A stretch of DNA of 64,000 nt. Source: Felis catus. Taxonomy: Eukaryota. Location: the NCBI RefSeq assembly GCF_018350175.1, contig NC_058368.1, forward strand, positions 3,224,001 through 3,288,000, given 5' to 3'. Positions 13,840 through 27,471 of the stretch are shown one piece after another. Position 1 is the first letter of the stretch. Every line of letters starts with the position of its first letter. Made by a program: the position numbers and the translations under genes. The notes under the pieces were generated by a model, which saw only the letters and a list, made by a program, of their open reading frames with translations, made no database searches and had not been told where the DNA came from.

Positions 13840-14630
13840 CGATAGTAGTAATGATACCCGGGTATCGAGTGACTGCTATGAGCTAGCCATTGTTACAAGT
13901 GCTTCACATGTGTTGCTTCAGCTAATCCTTACAATTCTATAAATTATCTATTACTCTTATTACCATTTTGCAGGTGAAGACTCTCAGGTATAGTTAAGTA
14001 GCCTCCCCAAGGGCACCCCGCTAGCGAGTGATGGGGCACACGAAGCACCAGACGCTGTTTGTATCTCTGAAGATATCATGAATTTTCCTACTAGACTAAT
14101 ATTCCAGGCTGTTGACAGCTCTCGTCTCAGCAGCAATAGTCCCCCAAATGGCCTTGATGGCTCTCACTTGGGACTCCCCAGATTCTTACTCCGTGGTATT
14201 TTCCCCACGGATTGGCCTATCATAAACATTAATTTAAATCCATTGTTTAACACTGTGAGCGTTTGGATCAGAAATGGCGATCTGTTCAAATCAAATTTAA
14301 CCGTCTCTGGTTAAAAAATTTAACATCGATGATTTATAAACGTTTGAATTGGGTTGCATAAAGTTTATGGAGATGGAATAGTATACACTAGTTAATCTGA
14401 GGTTGATACTGATGGATTCAAATCCTGACTCCAGCACTTACGAGCTATTGGATTTGGGGCAAGTTACTGAACCTCTCTGTGCATTAGTTCTCCACCTTTA
14501 ACATGGGAATCGTGACAGTACCTGTATCAGAGGGGGGTTGTTAGGAATAGATCAAATTAGTTAACGTACGTAAAGTGTTTTTAAGGGCACCTGGTGTAGA
14601 GTAAATTGCTGTATCAATGTTAGCTATTAT
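13840..14630. mobile_element. Two MIR elements in opposite orientations (about 13840-14040 and 14365-14630)
   Basis: MIR core: CCATTTTGCAGGTGAAGACTCTCAGG and GGATTCAAATCCTGACTCCAGCACTTAC...GGGCAAGTTACTGAACCTCTCTGTGC. Confidence 0.8.
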
Positions 14631-16685
14631 CATCCACATGTGGAAGCTATGCAAGCTGGTTGAAGATCAGGCTTAGAATTCAAAATAGTCTTGATAAACT
14701 ATCATACTTTTCATCAGGAGACAATAATAGTTTGCTTGCTGGAATTCATTATAGTAAATATCTGCGATGAGCTGCATAACATTGCTTTGTGATGGAGATC
14801 TTGCACTTTGGGGGACTGAATCCTGTTGAAGCCTGTCTTCTAGTATTTGAAGTTGCCCTTCTTGATTTGGAAGCAGAAAGAAGGGCTATTGCCAAAGTAA
14901 TTCCATATAGACATGTATCCTTTTCCAAACAAGTGTAAAGTTTCTTTTAGAAAAGCATGAGGCTTATAATCCGCATGACATAATTTTCAAGATACTATGT
15001 TAGCACCCCAGTAAGCCAGGAAATCAATCCTCTAGCCACCACAACCCTCTAGGAAACATCTGTTGGACTATTTGCCATGAGAAAGAATGAAAGTAGGCCT
15101 GGGGCCCCTGGCTTAGCAGGGGAGTTCCATCTGGAAGGGGTGATGGAAGCAGCCTGCGAGCTTGGGAATGGTAGCTCTCTCCAGGTTTCTGACAGCAAAG
15201 AACGGACACGGAAGGTGGTTTGGACAATGGTGGTGGCTCATGTTGACCAGTCCTCCAACTCATCCAACTACTGGAAATAGCATTTAAAACCTGTCTTTTG
15301 AGCTAATGCCCTCTTCCACAATTTTTTTTTTTTTTTGAGCTCTGAAAGATCTAGGTTTCTCCATTGAACATGTGATTTGAACAAAATTCAATCCCAATTA
15401 TTAATTTTCCAATAGTTTATCTTCTAAGTTAAAACTGGACATACTCAGGAGTCGGGTACATGAAGGAACGCTAGATTTTGAAGAGCGTGATGAAGAAAGA
15501 AAACTGAAGATGGATTCAACCTGACCTTGGAAGTAAGTGAGTAACTCACAAAAAGGGGAGGGGTCCTGGGAACCAAAAGAGACAGCCTGACAGCAGACAG
15601 AAAACGATTTAACACTCAGACAGGGAAGAAAATTGAGATCCACGACTATGGCCAAAAGATACAACCCAAAAGAAATGCTTCGAAATGAGAGCTACAGGAC
15701 AGGCTGGATTACATAGACTTTTCCCATCACAAGATGTAAGCTAATCTACTTTGCTAAAAACAAACACATTTCACCCCTGAGAGTGTATTAAGTGCTCTGA
15801 AAAGGGTCTGGGATTTAATTTGTAAGACACATTTCATCAGATATTTAGAATTTTCGCTGTAGAAATTCTGGCCTCTAATGTTTTTTATTTTCTGATTCCT
15901 GAGAGATAATCAGAACCACATTCACTCAGGGAGCAAGTTGCAGCCTAACATTTTCCTAACCCTTATATTGCTCAATAAGTAAACGCTCATATATCAACAT
16001 TTTTTTCTAAATAAAGTTTTCAAGGAATTAAACAACAAACCACCCCCGCAATACTATTTTTATAAATTAAAAAAAAAAGATAGTGTAAGCCAGCTAGAAA
16101 TTCCTTTATTCATTGCCCTTTGTGAGGTGGAAATGATAATCATTGCACCTGTTTTCCTGCGATACTATTTGTGTTTTCAACTTAAAAGCTCTGAAGAATA
16201 TCATAATTGTTCAGCACACCTTTATTGAGCAACTATTCAATAGTTGGGCAACTACTGTGTGAATAAAACACAGCATAACTATACCTTGTCTCGTCTTGTA
16301 GATCATTTTGTGTGTGTTACATTCATAATATTGTTTTAAATAACTTAATAGAAAAAAATATGTTTCTCTGAACTCCACAATCAGATAACACAGTGATTAG
16401 AGTACTAGTTAACTGTGAATCGACCATCTGGTAACTTGGCTTATATTGATACAGGTATTAAAATACGTGGAGGAAGTAAATCAGATTATCTGATAGGCCT
16501 GTGGTTAAAAGATGATAAACGCTGGGGATAGATTAGTGGGAAAATGAAGTCATGTTAATCTGAGTGGTATTTAAAATGAAATAAAACATGCCATTTAAAA
16601 CTGAAAGACATAGGACTTACTATGCCGAGCTTTGTGTGAAAGCTTCAACACGTCATCGAAAGCTTCTTAAAAGATAGCTCAAATA

Positions 16686-16903
16686 GGGGCACGTGAGTGG
16701 CTCAGTCGGTTAAGTGGCAGACTCTTGATTTCAGCTCAGGTCATAATCTCATGGTTCCTGAGATTGAGCCCTGCGTCGGGCTCTGTGCTGACAACGTGGA
16801 GATTCCTTGGGATTCTCCCTCTCCCTCTGCACCTTCCCTGCTCACATGTGTGCACACACATGCTCTCCCTCTCAAAATAAATAAACAGACATTAAAAAAA
16901 CCC
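16686..16903 (+). mobile_element. Can-SINE
   Basis: GGGGCACGTGAGTGGCTCAGTCGGTTAAG head, AATAAA tail; ATAGCTCAAA on both sides. Confidence 0.95.
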
Positions 16904-19518
16904 ACATAGCTCAAACAGAATGGGGTATTCTGGAAGTTGCCTGTTTCTCTTATTTCCAACTCATTCCTCTTTATCAACATTGTTATTTCTAGGCGCCTTT
17001 TCTTGGCGCCTTTCTCTTGGTTCATGTCTCTCCTCTCCATCCTCCTTCTACTGTCAAGTTCAAGCCTTCAAACTTGACAAGTGCAGTAGCTTTCAAACTG
17101 CTTAGTCACCCTCCAAGCTACAATCACAAACCTATCTAATGCATGACATGACCACATTGTTTTCTTGCCTATAATCTCTTGGTGGATTTCTAGAACCCAG
17201 TGATGGAATCTACAGTGGACCAAAGGCACAGGCATCTTCCCAAAATCAGAGTGAAGAGAGAGATCTAAGACAAAGAGTAATGGATACATAAGAAGTTAGG
17301 GCTAGGAGGGTGGCCACATTGAAGTCTTGAATACAAAACTAAGGTATCCTACTCAGTTTGATAAGTGACAGACATCTACCAGAGAGTTTTTATATCAGCG
17401 GGGTGCTTAGGAAAATCAATCTTGCTGTGTATGTAGTCTGAATTAGAAGAGAAAGCACCTGGAGGTGCATTGGTTGAAAGCCCAATGACTTAACTATTGC
17501 CACGATTTTGAGCAAATAAACAGTGATGTCCCAAATCAGGATGATGGCAGTGAAAATGGAAAAGAAGGGAGAGGTGTCAGTGGGGTTGTTGTAGATGATC
17601 AGTAGAGAATCAGGAAATAAAGAGTCAAGCAGACATAGCCATTGCTTATTGCTTGTAGAAATCTTTCGTTGCTTAGCTTTATTGCCAACGATTTAGAAGT
17701 ATCTGTTCAGTTCTTCTAGGATAAAAGTGATTACCACTTTGATTTTCCAACGGGTCAAGTAGAGCAAAGAGAAGTGTTCAGCAATATGCTGGGAGGGCCA
17801 GCACAGGGAGGGCCTGTGGGTGCTCTAGCTGCTAACTTTTGTGACCTCTTTGCAGCCTTGTCCTATGACCTGTTTGCAGTCTCCGAAAGAAGGGCCAGCC
17901 GTGTCATTCCTCATGAGAAAGGTCTTCCTTAACTGTCTTAAAGGTCTATATCTATCAAGACGTTAAAAAGAGCGGTTTGGGCCAAGAAACGGTGAAGAAT
18001 TTTCACGCAATAGCTGTAGGGGGCTGGGGTATTTCCACATTACAATGAGAGCCCATGATCAGAACAGATGGACTTTAGAAATTTCAGCGCCCCTTGTCTC
18101 AGGGAGGACCCTGCAGGTTACCTTATGGGCTGCACAGTCCTGTGCTATAATTGTGTTATTACTGGAGGAAAATCGTCCAGGCTACTGCCGTACCCCATGT
18201 GTCTACCAGTGCAATAAATATCATAAATAAATACCACAGCACATTTAATTTGCTGGGTTCTAAGGATTTTCAGCTGGGAGGGGACCTGTGACCTTTGTAC
18301 AATAGTTCGCGTGTTATTTCTCGCTGGACGTGTTATTTTTCGCTGGATGTGAAGCAGAAGATTTCAGAAATTTCAGAAGACTGCCTTCCCCTGCTTAAGC
18401 CTGACTATGGTCCAGTCCACCTACAACTTCATAAAAATACTGTTGAGCCACTTTCTTTTATAGGCAGAGACGATTTGTTGGTTGGGATGAGCAATGAAAA
18501 CATTCCAACTGTTTCCACTGAGAGCCAAAGGTGCTTTGCTGGGTTCACAATTTAGCAGCCAGTCCTTAAGGCTCTTAATGGAAATGAGTAAGTTGGGAGA
18601 CAGGAAACACTGGCCGATTTTGGCTTTCTACCTCCCTCTTCCATTTTAGACTCAGAGAAACACCATGAATGTGGTGGCTGGAGCAGATCAGGTGCCAAGG
18701 CCGATGGATCTTGTGGTAGGGGAGGACGTTCTCTGGAACTCTTAAAGGCCACAATGCTGTTTTTAGAAGGAAAATACTTCCAGGACGATACTGTGGCCTT
18801 TTACTTAATTAGTCAATTAAAGAAAGACTCTCAAAAGAATCGCGCAAATAAAAGGAAGCTGCTTAAGGTTGCTTCCAGGGTAAGAAGAGAATCTTCTGCC
18901 ATGCGGAGGCCAGAAGTGTGGTTGCAATGTTTTCCAAGGAGGATTGTGAGGCTTTCAAAAATTCGTAAGAGGTTCTTGATGGGCTCCTGCGTGGGGATCT
19001 ACAGTCCAGTTCCCGAATCATGGACTTAGGGGTTAGCCTCTTATAAAGGCCTTCCTAGAGAAACATAAACATTTCTATCTACATTCCCATTCCAAAACTT
19101 CATTTCTGTGACATTAAAAAGCAACATATCTAACACCATCATCTGGGATTATTTTATTCAATTGGAATGATGTCAAAATTAAAATATTGAAATACGAAAG
19201 GCTCTCAATAAAATTCAAAGATCCTCTTTAATATTGAAATCTTCTCTTTCTAGGTGGCACTTGTCAAATGTGGGGATTCCAAAGTAATTCTAATTAGTTC
19301 TAAAATTCCTCACCTCAACTGGGTTTAGGTATAATCTCTACACATACCACGCCCCGGAGGTACATTTTTAATTGAGAAATTTTTCTAATAATGATGCATA
19401 TTTTCATTCCAGTCTTTGCTCTCACAGAAGTCATGCCCTTGTAGGTGAAGACAGCAAATAAATACTCATATATATAATATGCCTGTGGTTTTTGCTTTGG
19501 AAAAGTACAAAAAGTAAG

Positions 19519-19740
19519 ACTTAACAGAAGACCATGGGGGAGGGGAAGGGAAAAAAAAGTTAGAGAAGGAGGGAGCCAAACCATAAGAGACTCTTAAAAA
19601 CTGAGAATAAACTGAGGGTTGATGGGGGGTGGGAGGGCGGGGAGGGTGGGTGATGGGCATTGAGGAGGGCACCTGTTAGGATGAGCACTGGGTGTTGTAT
19701 GGAAACCAATTTGACAATAAATTTCACAGTAAAAAAATAG
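19519..19740 (+). mobile_element. Felid-type L1 3' end, 5'-truncated
   Basis: CCATAAGAGACTCTTAAAAACTGAGAATAAACTGAGGGTTGATGGGG...GATGAGCACTGGGTGTTGTATGGAAACCAATTTGACAATAAA. Confidence 0.9.
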
Positions 19741-20122
19741 TAAAGGAGTATAGAGTGTGTGTGTAATAGGGGCAAAAGGAGATGTCATAATGCTTGATAT
19801 ATGACACAAAGGTAACCAAATTAAATTCATAAAACATGACAGGTTGTCATCCGAATTATTCAGGCTCTTAAACACCAGCTAATGCGAACATGGAAGATAA
19901 TTTATGTTCCATTTTGGTTTTCTTCATAGTTTTAACTCATGAGATGATAAACTACTCCTTTTACTTGGTCTCATGCGATCTTATAACTTTAGTTTCTTTA
20001 GGTAAATAGAGAGTGATGATGGCCTTTTGTTTGAAAGCATTTCCTAATGTTTGGAGGAACATGTTATTCCACTTAAAAGGTGTTTTAATGTGAGTTGATT
20101 AAATTCTTCCTTGCCCACTAAA

Positions 20123-20344
20123 TTTTTTTTTTTTTAATTTTTTTTTCAACGTTTTTATTTATTTTTGGGACAGAGAGAGACAGAGCATGAACGAGGGAGG
20201 GGCAGAGAGAGAGGGAGACACAGAATCGGAAACAGGCTCCGAGCCATCAGCCCAGAGCCTGATGTGGGGCTCAAACTCACGGACCGTGAGATCGTGACCT
20301 GGCTGAAGTCGGACGCTTAACCGACTGCGCCATCCAGGCGCCCC
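20123..20344 (-). mobile_element. Young SINEC_Fc-type SINE with TSD
   Basis: Head reads GGCGCAGTCGGTTAAGCGTCCGACTTCAGCCAGGTCACGATC on the minus strand; GCCCACTAAATTTT on both sides; long T tail. Confidence 0.95.
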
Positions 20345-21610
20345 GCCCACTAAATTTTATATAATCTTTGTGTCCTTCAGTCTCCCTAGGTTCACTTACC
20401 TGTGCAGATTTACTCATCACACATCTTCCTCCAGCACTGATATTTATTCATGGAGTAGGGAAGTCAAACAAGTTGTATCTGAATGATGCTGAAGACTGCC
20501 AGGCATATTTAGATATGGAAATATCTAGATATTTGGAAACAAACTATGGTTCTGTGTGATTTCTTCCTCCACCATTGAATATTTAGTCAATAGACTCTTG
20601 AGGTGCAATTTAATTAGAATATTTCTCATGTATCTTCTCCACTCAGTAGATGATATTAAAAAGAAGCTAAGTTCCACGGAGTTTGTTAAAACATACATTT
20701 TTGTTTTGAAGAAATAGAAACTTTTCCTTTGGAAATAGTAAATGTTCTTAAGTGGGAATTGTATCAACTTTTCCTCCATACTGAGTTCCTGAGTTTCAAT
20801 AATTTCCAGGTAAGTCAAACGTTCAGTACAATGCTACCGCTGTTCCAATACGTCAGACTTTCTAAGTAAGTCTTGCCTTTGCTTTAATGATAATGATCTG
20901 TCAATGTATGACTATCTCAGTTCCAAGGAGTCATTTATCTACCGCATGACCTCACATTAGCACTTTGCAGGCAGCACATTTCAAAGCTATTTTTGCACTC
21001 TGATTTTGCAGAATCTTTTCCTATGAATTTTACGTGGTTATCTTAGAAATAAATTTTTTTCTTATGCTAAGATAAACTCATGAGCGTCGTAGAAATCCTG
21101 GGGACATGACTCACAAACTTACCATGCAAGAAAGAATAGCTTTTAGGGTGTATTTTCATTTAGTCTTTTATATAAATATTTATGCTTTGGGGTTTGCATG
21201 TATACAGTCTTGTGAATGGCTTCCGTATTTCACTGAGTGTATATGCAGCATTCTTAGAGAATCAAGATGGTAGAACAGTCCATAACGAAGACGTGTCAGC
21301 CGTGTTGTTTGGGATCTCCAGGCACAGGGGCACTTGCATTAATGGTGCACTGCAGGTCACAGCCCACCGTCACGGTCAAGTCCTGCAGGAAGGCTTTCGT
21401 TTTCACTCTCTCTTTTATTCTTCATCCGTTGTGCAATGCGTCTGACTTTTTTTAGCTGGTATAGTACTTATTGATGGTTTATAGCATATCTTTCTATATA
21501 TTTCATTGATTTCTGCCCTCATTTATGATTTTCTTTTTACTTTTCTCTTTTGGTTTTTGTTCATTGGTCTTCTTCCATCATGGGGATATAGAAATATAGC
21601 AAAGATCTCC

Positions 21611-22026
21611 TGTGTGTTGGTTTTCTAGGGCTGCCATACTGAAGTACCACAGACGAGGTGGCTTAAGCAGCGTAAGTGTATTTTTTTCATGGTTCTGGGG
21701 AATAGAAATCTGAGGTCAAGGTGTCACGTTGTTGTTCCTTCTGAGGGTTATGAGGAAAAATCTGCTCCAAATCTGTCTCCTTGGTTTGTAGATGGCCATC
21801 TTTCTCCCATGGTAGTGCATTGGCTTCCCTCTGTTCTTGTCCGTGTCCAAATTTCCTCTTTTTATGAGGACACCAGTCATACTGGATTAGGGCCTACCCT
21901 AATGATCTCATTTAACTCGATTACCTCCGTAGAGGTCCTTTGTCCAAAGAGGTCACATTCTGAGGTACTGGGGATTAGGATTCAGCATATGAAAATTGGG
22001 GGGGGAACACAAGTCAACCCATAACA
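21611..22026 (-). mobile_element. MaLR solo LTR (MLT1B-like)
   Basis: CTAGGGCTGCCATACTGAAGTACCACAGAC...GGACACCAGTCATACTGGATTAGGGCC...GTCACATTCTGAGGTACTGGGGATTAGGA...CAACCCATAACA. Confidence 0.9.
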
Positions 22027-23334
22027 CCTTGTTAGAGTAGCATTTACAATCTATTGGGGAAAGGCCTTTGATAAATAATTTAAAACTCAGATCATGATAA
22101 GTGCTGTAAGAAAATATAAACCAAACAAAAAGTGAGGACTGGGGCAAAGGAGATTGGCTGGAGCAGAAAGAAACAGCCCCAGAAGGTGCAAATGCTTCTC
22201 TAAGGTCATGGTCACACTGGATGGACAGCACTGACAATAGAGTGGATATTTTCTGCTTTGTGGGATACCAGGAACTCACTTTTTGGTGACGATTCATCTT
22301 AATCTTGGGGACGAGGTCCTATAAAGAGGCTTTTTCTATATAAAATGAAGGCACCAAGTTTGCCCTTGAATGGAGAGGCTAATACTGGCTATACTGTTTG
22401 ACATACAATAGTATGTCAAAGGTATTTAAGGTCAGTAGGGCAGTCGTTCTAGAGCAATTATTATGATGTTACATAATTTATATGACATCTTTGGAGAGCA
22501 GGGCCAGGAAATGGCAGAGGAAGCTGGGATATGAGACCTTGGGGAGAAATATGAGAGATGGGGTTCTGGTTGAAAGAGCCCAGGAGGAGAGTCGTCAGTG
22601 GGGGAACCCCTGGACAAATGATCTTTTCATTGGATTTTACTAGGGCCTATGCTCTGACATACAGTTTTAGGTTTTTCTTTCTTTGAATCATGCAATTCTT
22701 ATATTATTCCCAGATTTTCAGCAAACCTTTGGGGAACTGCTCTGGTCTGGTCACATCTGTGCTGGGAGGTGGCTCTGTGTCATCTGAGACCTGAGCTTTA
22801 GGGGCATCACCAGTTAAAGAAAGAGTGGGACCCTGAGAGAGCAAAGTTGTTGAAGGAGCTTGCCCCACAGAGGAAGTTAGCAGGGTGCCTACGTAGGCTC
22901 TGCAGTTTCTTGGTGAGGGATGGGGCAGCTCCAAAGACCATGAGGAACCCTCGTTGACTGATTTCACGTAAGATGGGAGTCTTGGATTGTTGTTATGTAA
23001 GTAGATTGATTGGAAGATGTGAAGTCTCAGAGACGCGTATGTTCTCTGCAAAGATAATCAGTAGCCTTACCGTGGCACTCATTTTCACTTAACATACCAA
23101 GAAATTTGTTTGTGAAAACACAATATAATACCCCCAGTATTTTCATAAACACTGGTATTCTATCATTAGTAAATTTAAGCATAAGTTTATAGTAAATGTT
23201 CATACACATTTGTTAATAAATGAACTCATATTGTTGGGAAATTAACCGAGGCATCACACTCAAAATGTAGATACAGTGTTTTAAAAGATTTTTTAAATAG
23301 TGAGAAGCTGGTGGGTTTATTAGAAGTTACCTGG

Positions 23335-23555
23335 TCCAGACTTCCAGTTATGGAATGATTAGGTCATGGGAATAAAAGACACAGCATAGGGAGTATAGTC
23401 AATGATATTATAATAGCGTGTGGTGATAGAAGGTAGCTGAACATAGCATAATGTATTAACTTGTCAAGTCACTATGTTTACCCCTTAAACTAATGTAACA
23501 TTGTATGCCAACTGTAATAAAATTTTAAAAAAATGAAAGAAAGAAAGAAAAAGAA
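23335..23555 (+). mobile_element. L1 3' UTR (L1_Carn/L1MA9-like)
   Basis: CAGACTTCCAGTTATGGAATG...CAGCATAGGGAGTATAGTCAATGATATT...AACTAATGTAACATTGTATGCCAACT plus an A-rich tail. Confidence 0.85.
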
Positions 23556-24162
23556 AGCTAGCTAGTTTTGGGGTTCCAAGTCTAAGTAAACGCAGAGACA
23601 CAAGAAAGCAACCCGACTGTTGAAGCAACCTTAACCTGAGGGCAATTACTGATATAGGTGAATCTAATTTCTTGTTGCGAGGGTCTCTTGGGGTGATGAG
23701 AATATGGATCAACATCCAGAGCCTGTCCGTCGTGTTCAGTCTAACAGAACAGCTGGATCTCCAAAGGGAGGATTCTCCCGAAGCGAGGACTCAGGGAAAA
23801 GCTGAACTAAATGTAAGCAGATCCTGATTCCACCTAAGGCTGGAGAAGGGTGCCGGGCAGCTGGGAGAAGCTGTACTCCAGTCGGCCTAGTGCGCATGCT
23901 CACATCATCATGGCCCGAGGTGTTCTGGAAAAGCGCAAAGTGGTGATGGCTAGAAGAGCATACAAGCCAGGGCAATGCATGAGTGTACATGGCCTTAAGG
24001 TCCTTGTGTTATTATCTGGTTGAAGATTAATAGAATTCGTTTTAGATTTTCTTGAGTCTGCATATTGCAATTTTTAAGTAACAACTAATAGGAAAGAATG
24101 TAACTTCTGCATTGTAGGGAGAAAAACACGTAAGTACAAAACTCAATTAAGAAAAGTGGTCA

Positions 24163-24385
24163 GGGGCGCCTGGATGGCTCAGTTGGTTGAGTGTCGGCCT
24201 CTTGTTTTCGGCTCGGGTCATGATCCCGTGGTTCGGGAGTCCACACCCCACATCAGCTCTGCACAGACAGTGCGGGGTCGGCTTCAGCTCCTCTGTCTCC
24301 CTCTCGCTCTCTGCCCCTCCCCCATTCATGCTGTCTCTCTCTCTCACTCTCAAAAATAAGTAAACATTAAACCAATTAAAAGAAA
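24163..24385 (+). mobile_element. Can-SINE
   Basis: GGGGCGCCTGGATGGCTCAGTTGGTTGAG head; AAGTGGTC on both sides. Confidence 0.93.
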
Positions 24386-24869
24386 AGACAAGTGGTCGAA
24401 CAGGCGAGAAAGACGTAAAAGTGGAGAGAAATACAGAAATCAGAAATACGACATAAGTTTGAACATAGTTATTTCATTAAATATGATATGGAAATTACAT
24501 TAATCTCAAAGAGACTAAGTACTTGAAGACAAGTGTTTTCAGAGTACGTTTTTAAAAAATTCAATTATACGCTTATAGGAGACACATCAAAAATATACCT
24601 AAATTGTAAGGATATAGAAAAAGATGGAGAAAGATATAGTAAATAAATACCAACCAGAGTTTTATAGATATAATAGAATATCATATATAATACATTAGTT
24701 TGCTGCTACAATGTTAATATACATTGATATCAACTATATTAATATCAGGCAAATAGGACTTCAAGTGGAAGGCATTTCTAGAGATGCTTATCACTTTGTG
24801 ATGATAAATGGTTCCATGTGCTAGAAGAGAACTCTGTTCATATTACACATTATAACCTACCCTGAAAAT

Positions 24870-25110
24870 ACAGATGTAAAGTCTCTCATCCACAATGATG
24901 AAATCAACAAAGCTTTGGAAACTGAAAGCCTTGATCTTTTGCTGGCAAAACTTGAGCTGACTTGACAAGCTATCATCTGTAGTTTTTATTTATCCATGGT
25001 GGTGGCTTTGTTTTAGAATATTAAGGTGTTTTAATGCAGGGTACTGTCTGCCCCTGCTCTAGGTGGTACATAGCATAGGGTTCACGCTTTGTTTTTTCAA
25101 AACTGAGTTT
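24870..25110 (+). mobile_element. Tigger-family MITE (MER46C-like), partial
   Basis: GGCAAAACTTGAGCTGACTTGAC...TAGTTTTTATTTATCC...AGAATATTAAGGTGTTTTAATGCAGGGTACTG resembles recalled MER46C. Confidence 0.7.
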
Positions 25111-26344
25111 TCCTCAGAGAGAGGGAGAGAGAGAGAGGAAGGGAGAAAGACTGCAAGAAGAAACAGATGAAGAAAAATGCACATCATAATCATAGTGCAG
25201 ATTTTTAATTCATCTGAGTAATTGATAGGACCCGCAGACAAAATTATGATTAACAAATTTGGCCAAATAGACATAGAAATGGCACTGGGTCCAACTATTG
25301 CAAAAAAAATCTATTATTTTAAATGCACACAGACCATTTTTTTAAAAGCTGGCTACACATTGGACAGAAATAAAATTTCAACACGTTTCAGAAGATTGAA
25401 AGCATACAGAACATGTTTCAAAAAGCAAATATAGGTTACAAAATTATTAAAAAAACAGAAAGGAACTAATTATCAAAATTAGGGCTGGTGGCCCAGAAAC
25501 GGATTGTGTTTGGAAAGGAACACCCAAGTACTTCTGCTGCACCGGTGGTAAAAAAAAAAAAAAAAAAAAAAAAAAAGGTAAAGCAAAACAAAACAACACA
25601 GAAAACAAAAACAAAAACAAGAGAAATCATGGCCTGGATCCCAGGAGTTTTATACTCTAAGAGATAAGACATAAACGAAGCCCTGGTTATATCTTCAGTG
25701 CATAACAAAAGGATAGTTGTTTGCTTGAATCAATACACGTTATATAACATGTAGTATATGTTAATAGGAAACTGTAGAAAACAAACATCACTTAGGAGCA
25801 ACTTTCTATTGTAAGATACCACAGTGTAGAGTTGGTCCTCTCCAGCAGTGAATTCCAAAACATTTATTAACTCTTAAAATGTTCACAGTCCTGCACCAGA
25901 CTCTTTGATATTTATGTATAATGTGTGTGTGTATATTTATATATATATACATAAAACATAAAAGTTATTTCTTTAAGAAACTTACACCTTAAGAAGAGAT
26001 AGATGTCAAAGGATAACCAAGCAGGGAATGCAATCATAAAAGCTATTCAATAAATAATGCGAGCCCTACTCTTTCCCGGAATAGTGAAGCATAATTGATC
26101 ACATGAGCTAGACTAACAGAGGCAGAGTAGTTTAAGGAGAGCCAGAACTTTCACTGGACATTAGGAACAGGAGCATGTGAGCACACAGAAATGAAACAGC
26201 AAAGGACAGGCAACACAGACAAAAATAACTTGTAAGCAAAAGCAGGAACCAGAAACCTAAAAGGGCTCCATGGCTCCCTGGTGTAGGAATTCACGTTATG
26301 GGCAATAAGGAAAAGAAAACAAATGAACTGTTGACTTGATTTCT

Positions 26345-26346
26345 AG

Positions 26347-26393
<47 letters not shown>

Positions 26394-26672
26394 GGGAGAT
26401 ATATGTGTGTATATATATATATATGTATATATCCTATATAGTTAAGGGTATATATATATAGGATGTATATATATATGTGTGTGTATATTATATATATATT
26501 ATATAGGGGATATATATATATGTATATATATATATCTCCTATACAGTTAAAGGTATATATATAGGATGTATATATGTGTGTGTGTATTATATTATATATA
26601 TATATTATATAGGGGATATATATATATATATATTTCCTATATAGTTAAGGGTATATGTATAGGATGTATATA

Positions 26673-26703
<31 letters not shown>

Positions 26704-26725
26704 TATATTATGTATACATATATAG

Positions 26726-26760
<35 letters not shown>

Positions 26761-26790
26761 TATATGGTTAAGTGTAGATGTATAGGATGT

Positions 26791-26824
<34 letters not shown>

Positions 26825-26842
26825 CTCCTATATAGTTAAGGA
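26345..26842. repeat. Compound TA/TG-rich VNTR with a higher-order unit of about 100-120 bp
   Basis: Anchors CCTATATAGTTAAG (5 near-copies), ATAGGATGTA and TAGGGGATA recur in fixed order, separated by (TA)n/(TG)n. Confidence 0.95.
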
Positions 26843-27264
26843 CTGGAAAATCTAGATTTAAACAGATGTTAGACTATCTACTAAGAAAGACTAATATCCC
26901 TTTCAGCTAAATAATTCTATAATATGACCAAAAACAAAAAACAAAAAATAAAGCAACTAAATAATTTAATGTTTCTGATTTATGCATGTGAAGGAAATAT
27001 GAGTAACTCAGCATTTTGCAGCCTTCTAGGTATTTCTAGAACCAGGCAAGAAATTAGAATTGTGTAACTCTCCTGAGAGTAACCCTTTGCATCATTTTAT
27101 TGTTATTTGTGGGGTGGGTATTAATTAGCAAAAGTGAGCAGAAGAGAAACTAAAATCACAGTGTTGAAGACTAATTCCTAACCAAAACACAAAGAGGGAG
27201 AAACACCTGAATCCCTCTATACTTATTTCTTATGAATCTCTGTGGGGTCTTCAACACTTAAAAA

Positions 27265-27471
27265 AATTTTTTTTAATTATTTGATTTATTTTTGATAGAG
27301 AGAGAGAGGAGGGGGGAGGGGCCAAGAGAGAGGGAGACACAGAATCGGAAGCAGGCTCCAGGCTCTGAGCTGTCAGCACAGAGCCCGACGCGGGGCTCGA
27401 ACCCACAAACTGTGAGATTATGACCTGAGATGAAGTCAGGTGCTCAACCCGCTGAGCCCCTCAGGAGCCCC
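27265..27471 (-). mobile_element. Can-SINE
   Basis: Full body; CAACACTT on both sides. Confidence 0.95.

Larger units (their letters stand above)
24020..25455 (+). mobile_element. Ancient L1 (L1ME-like) ORF2 5' region, interrupted by a SINE and a MER46C-like element
   Basis: A-rich ORF2-like phrases (ATATTAATATCAGGCAAATAGGACTTCAAG, CACTTTGTGATGATAAATGGTTC, AAGATTGAAAGCATACAGAACATGTT). Confidence 0.7.

Noticed and set aside
25480..25630. Short sequence plus a long poly(A), as a possible retrocopy
   Set aside because: No TSD, poly(A) signal or ORF; the downstream flank looks like a decayed L2, so an expanded A tract is simpler.
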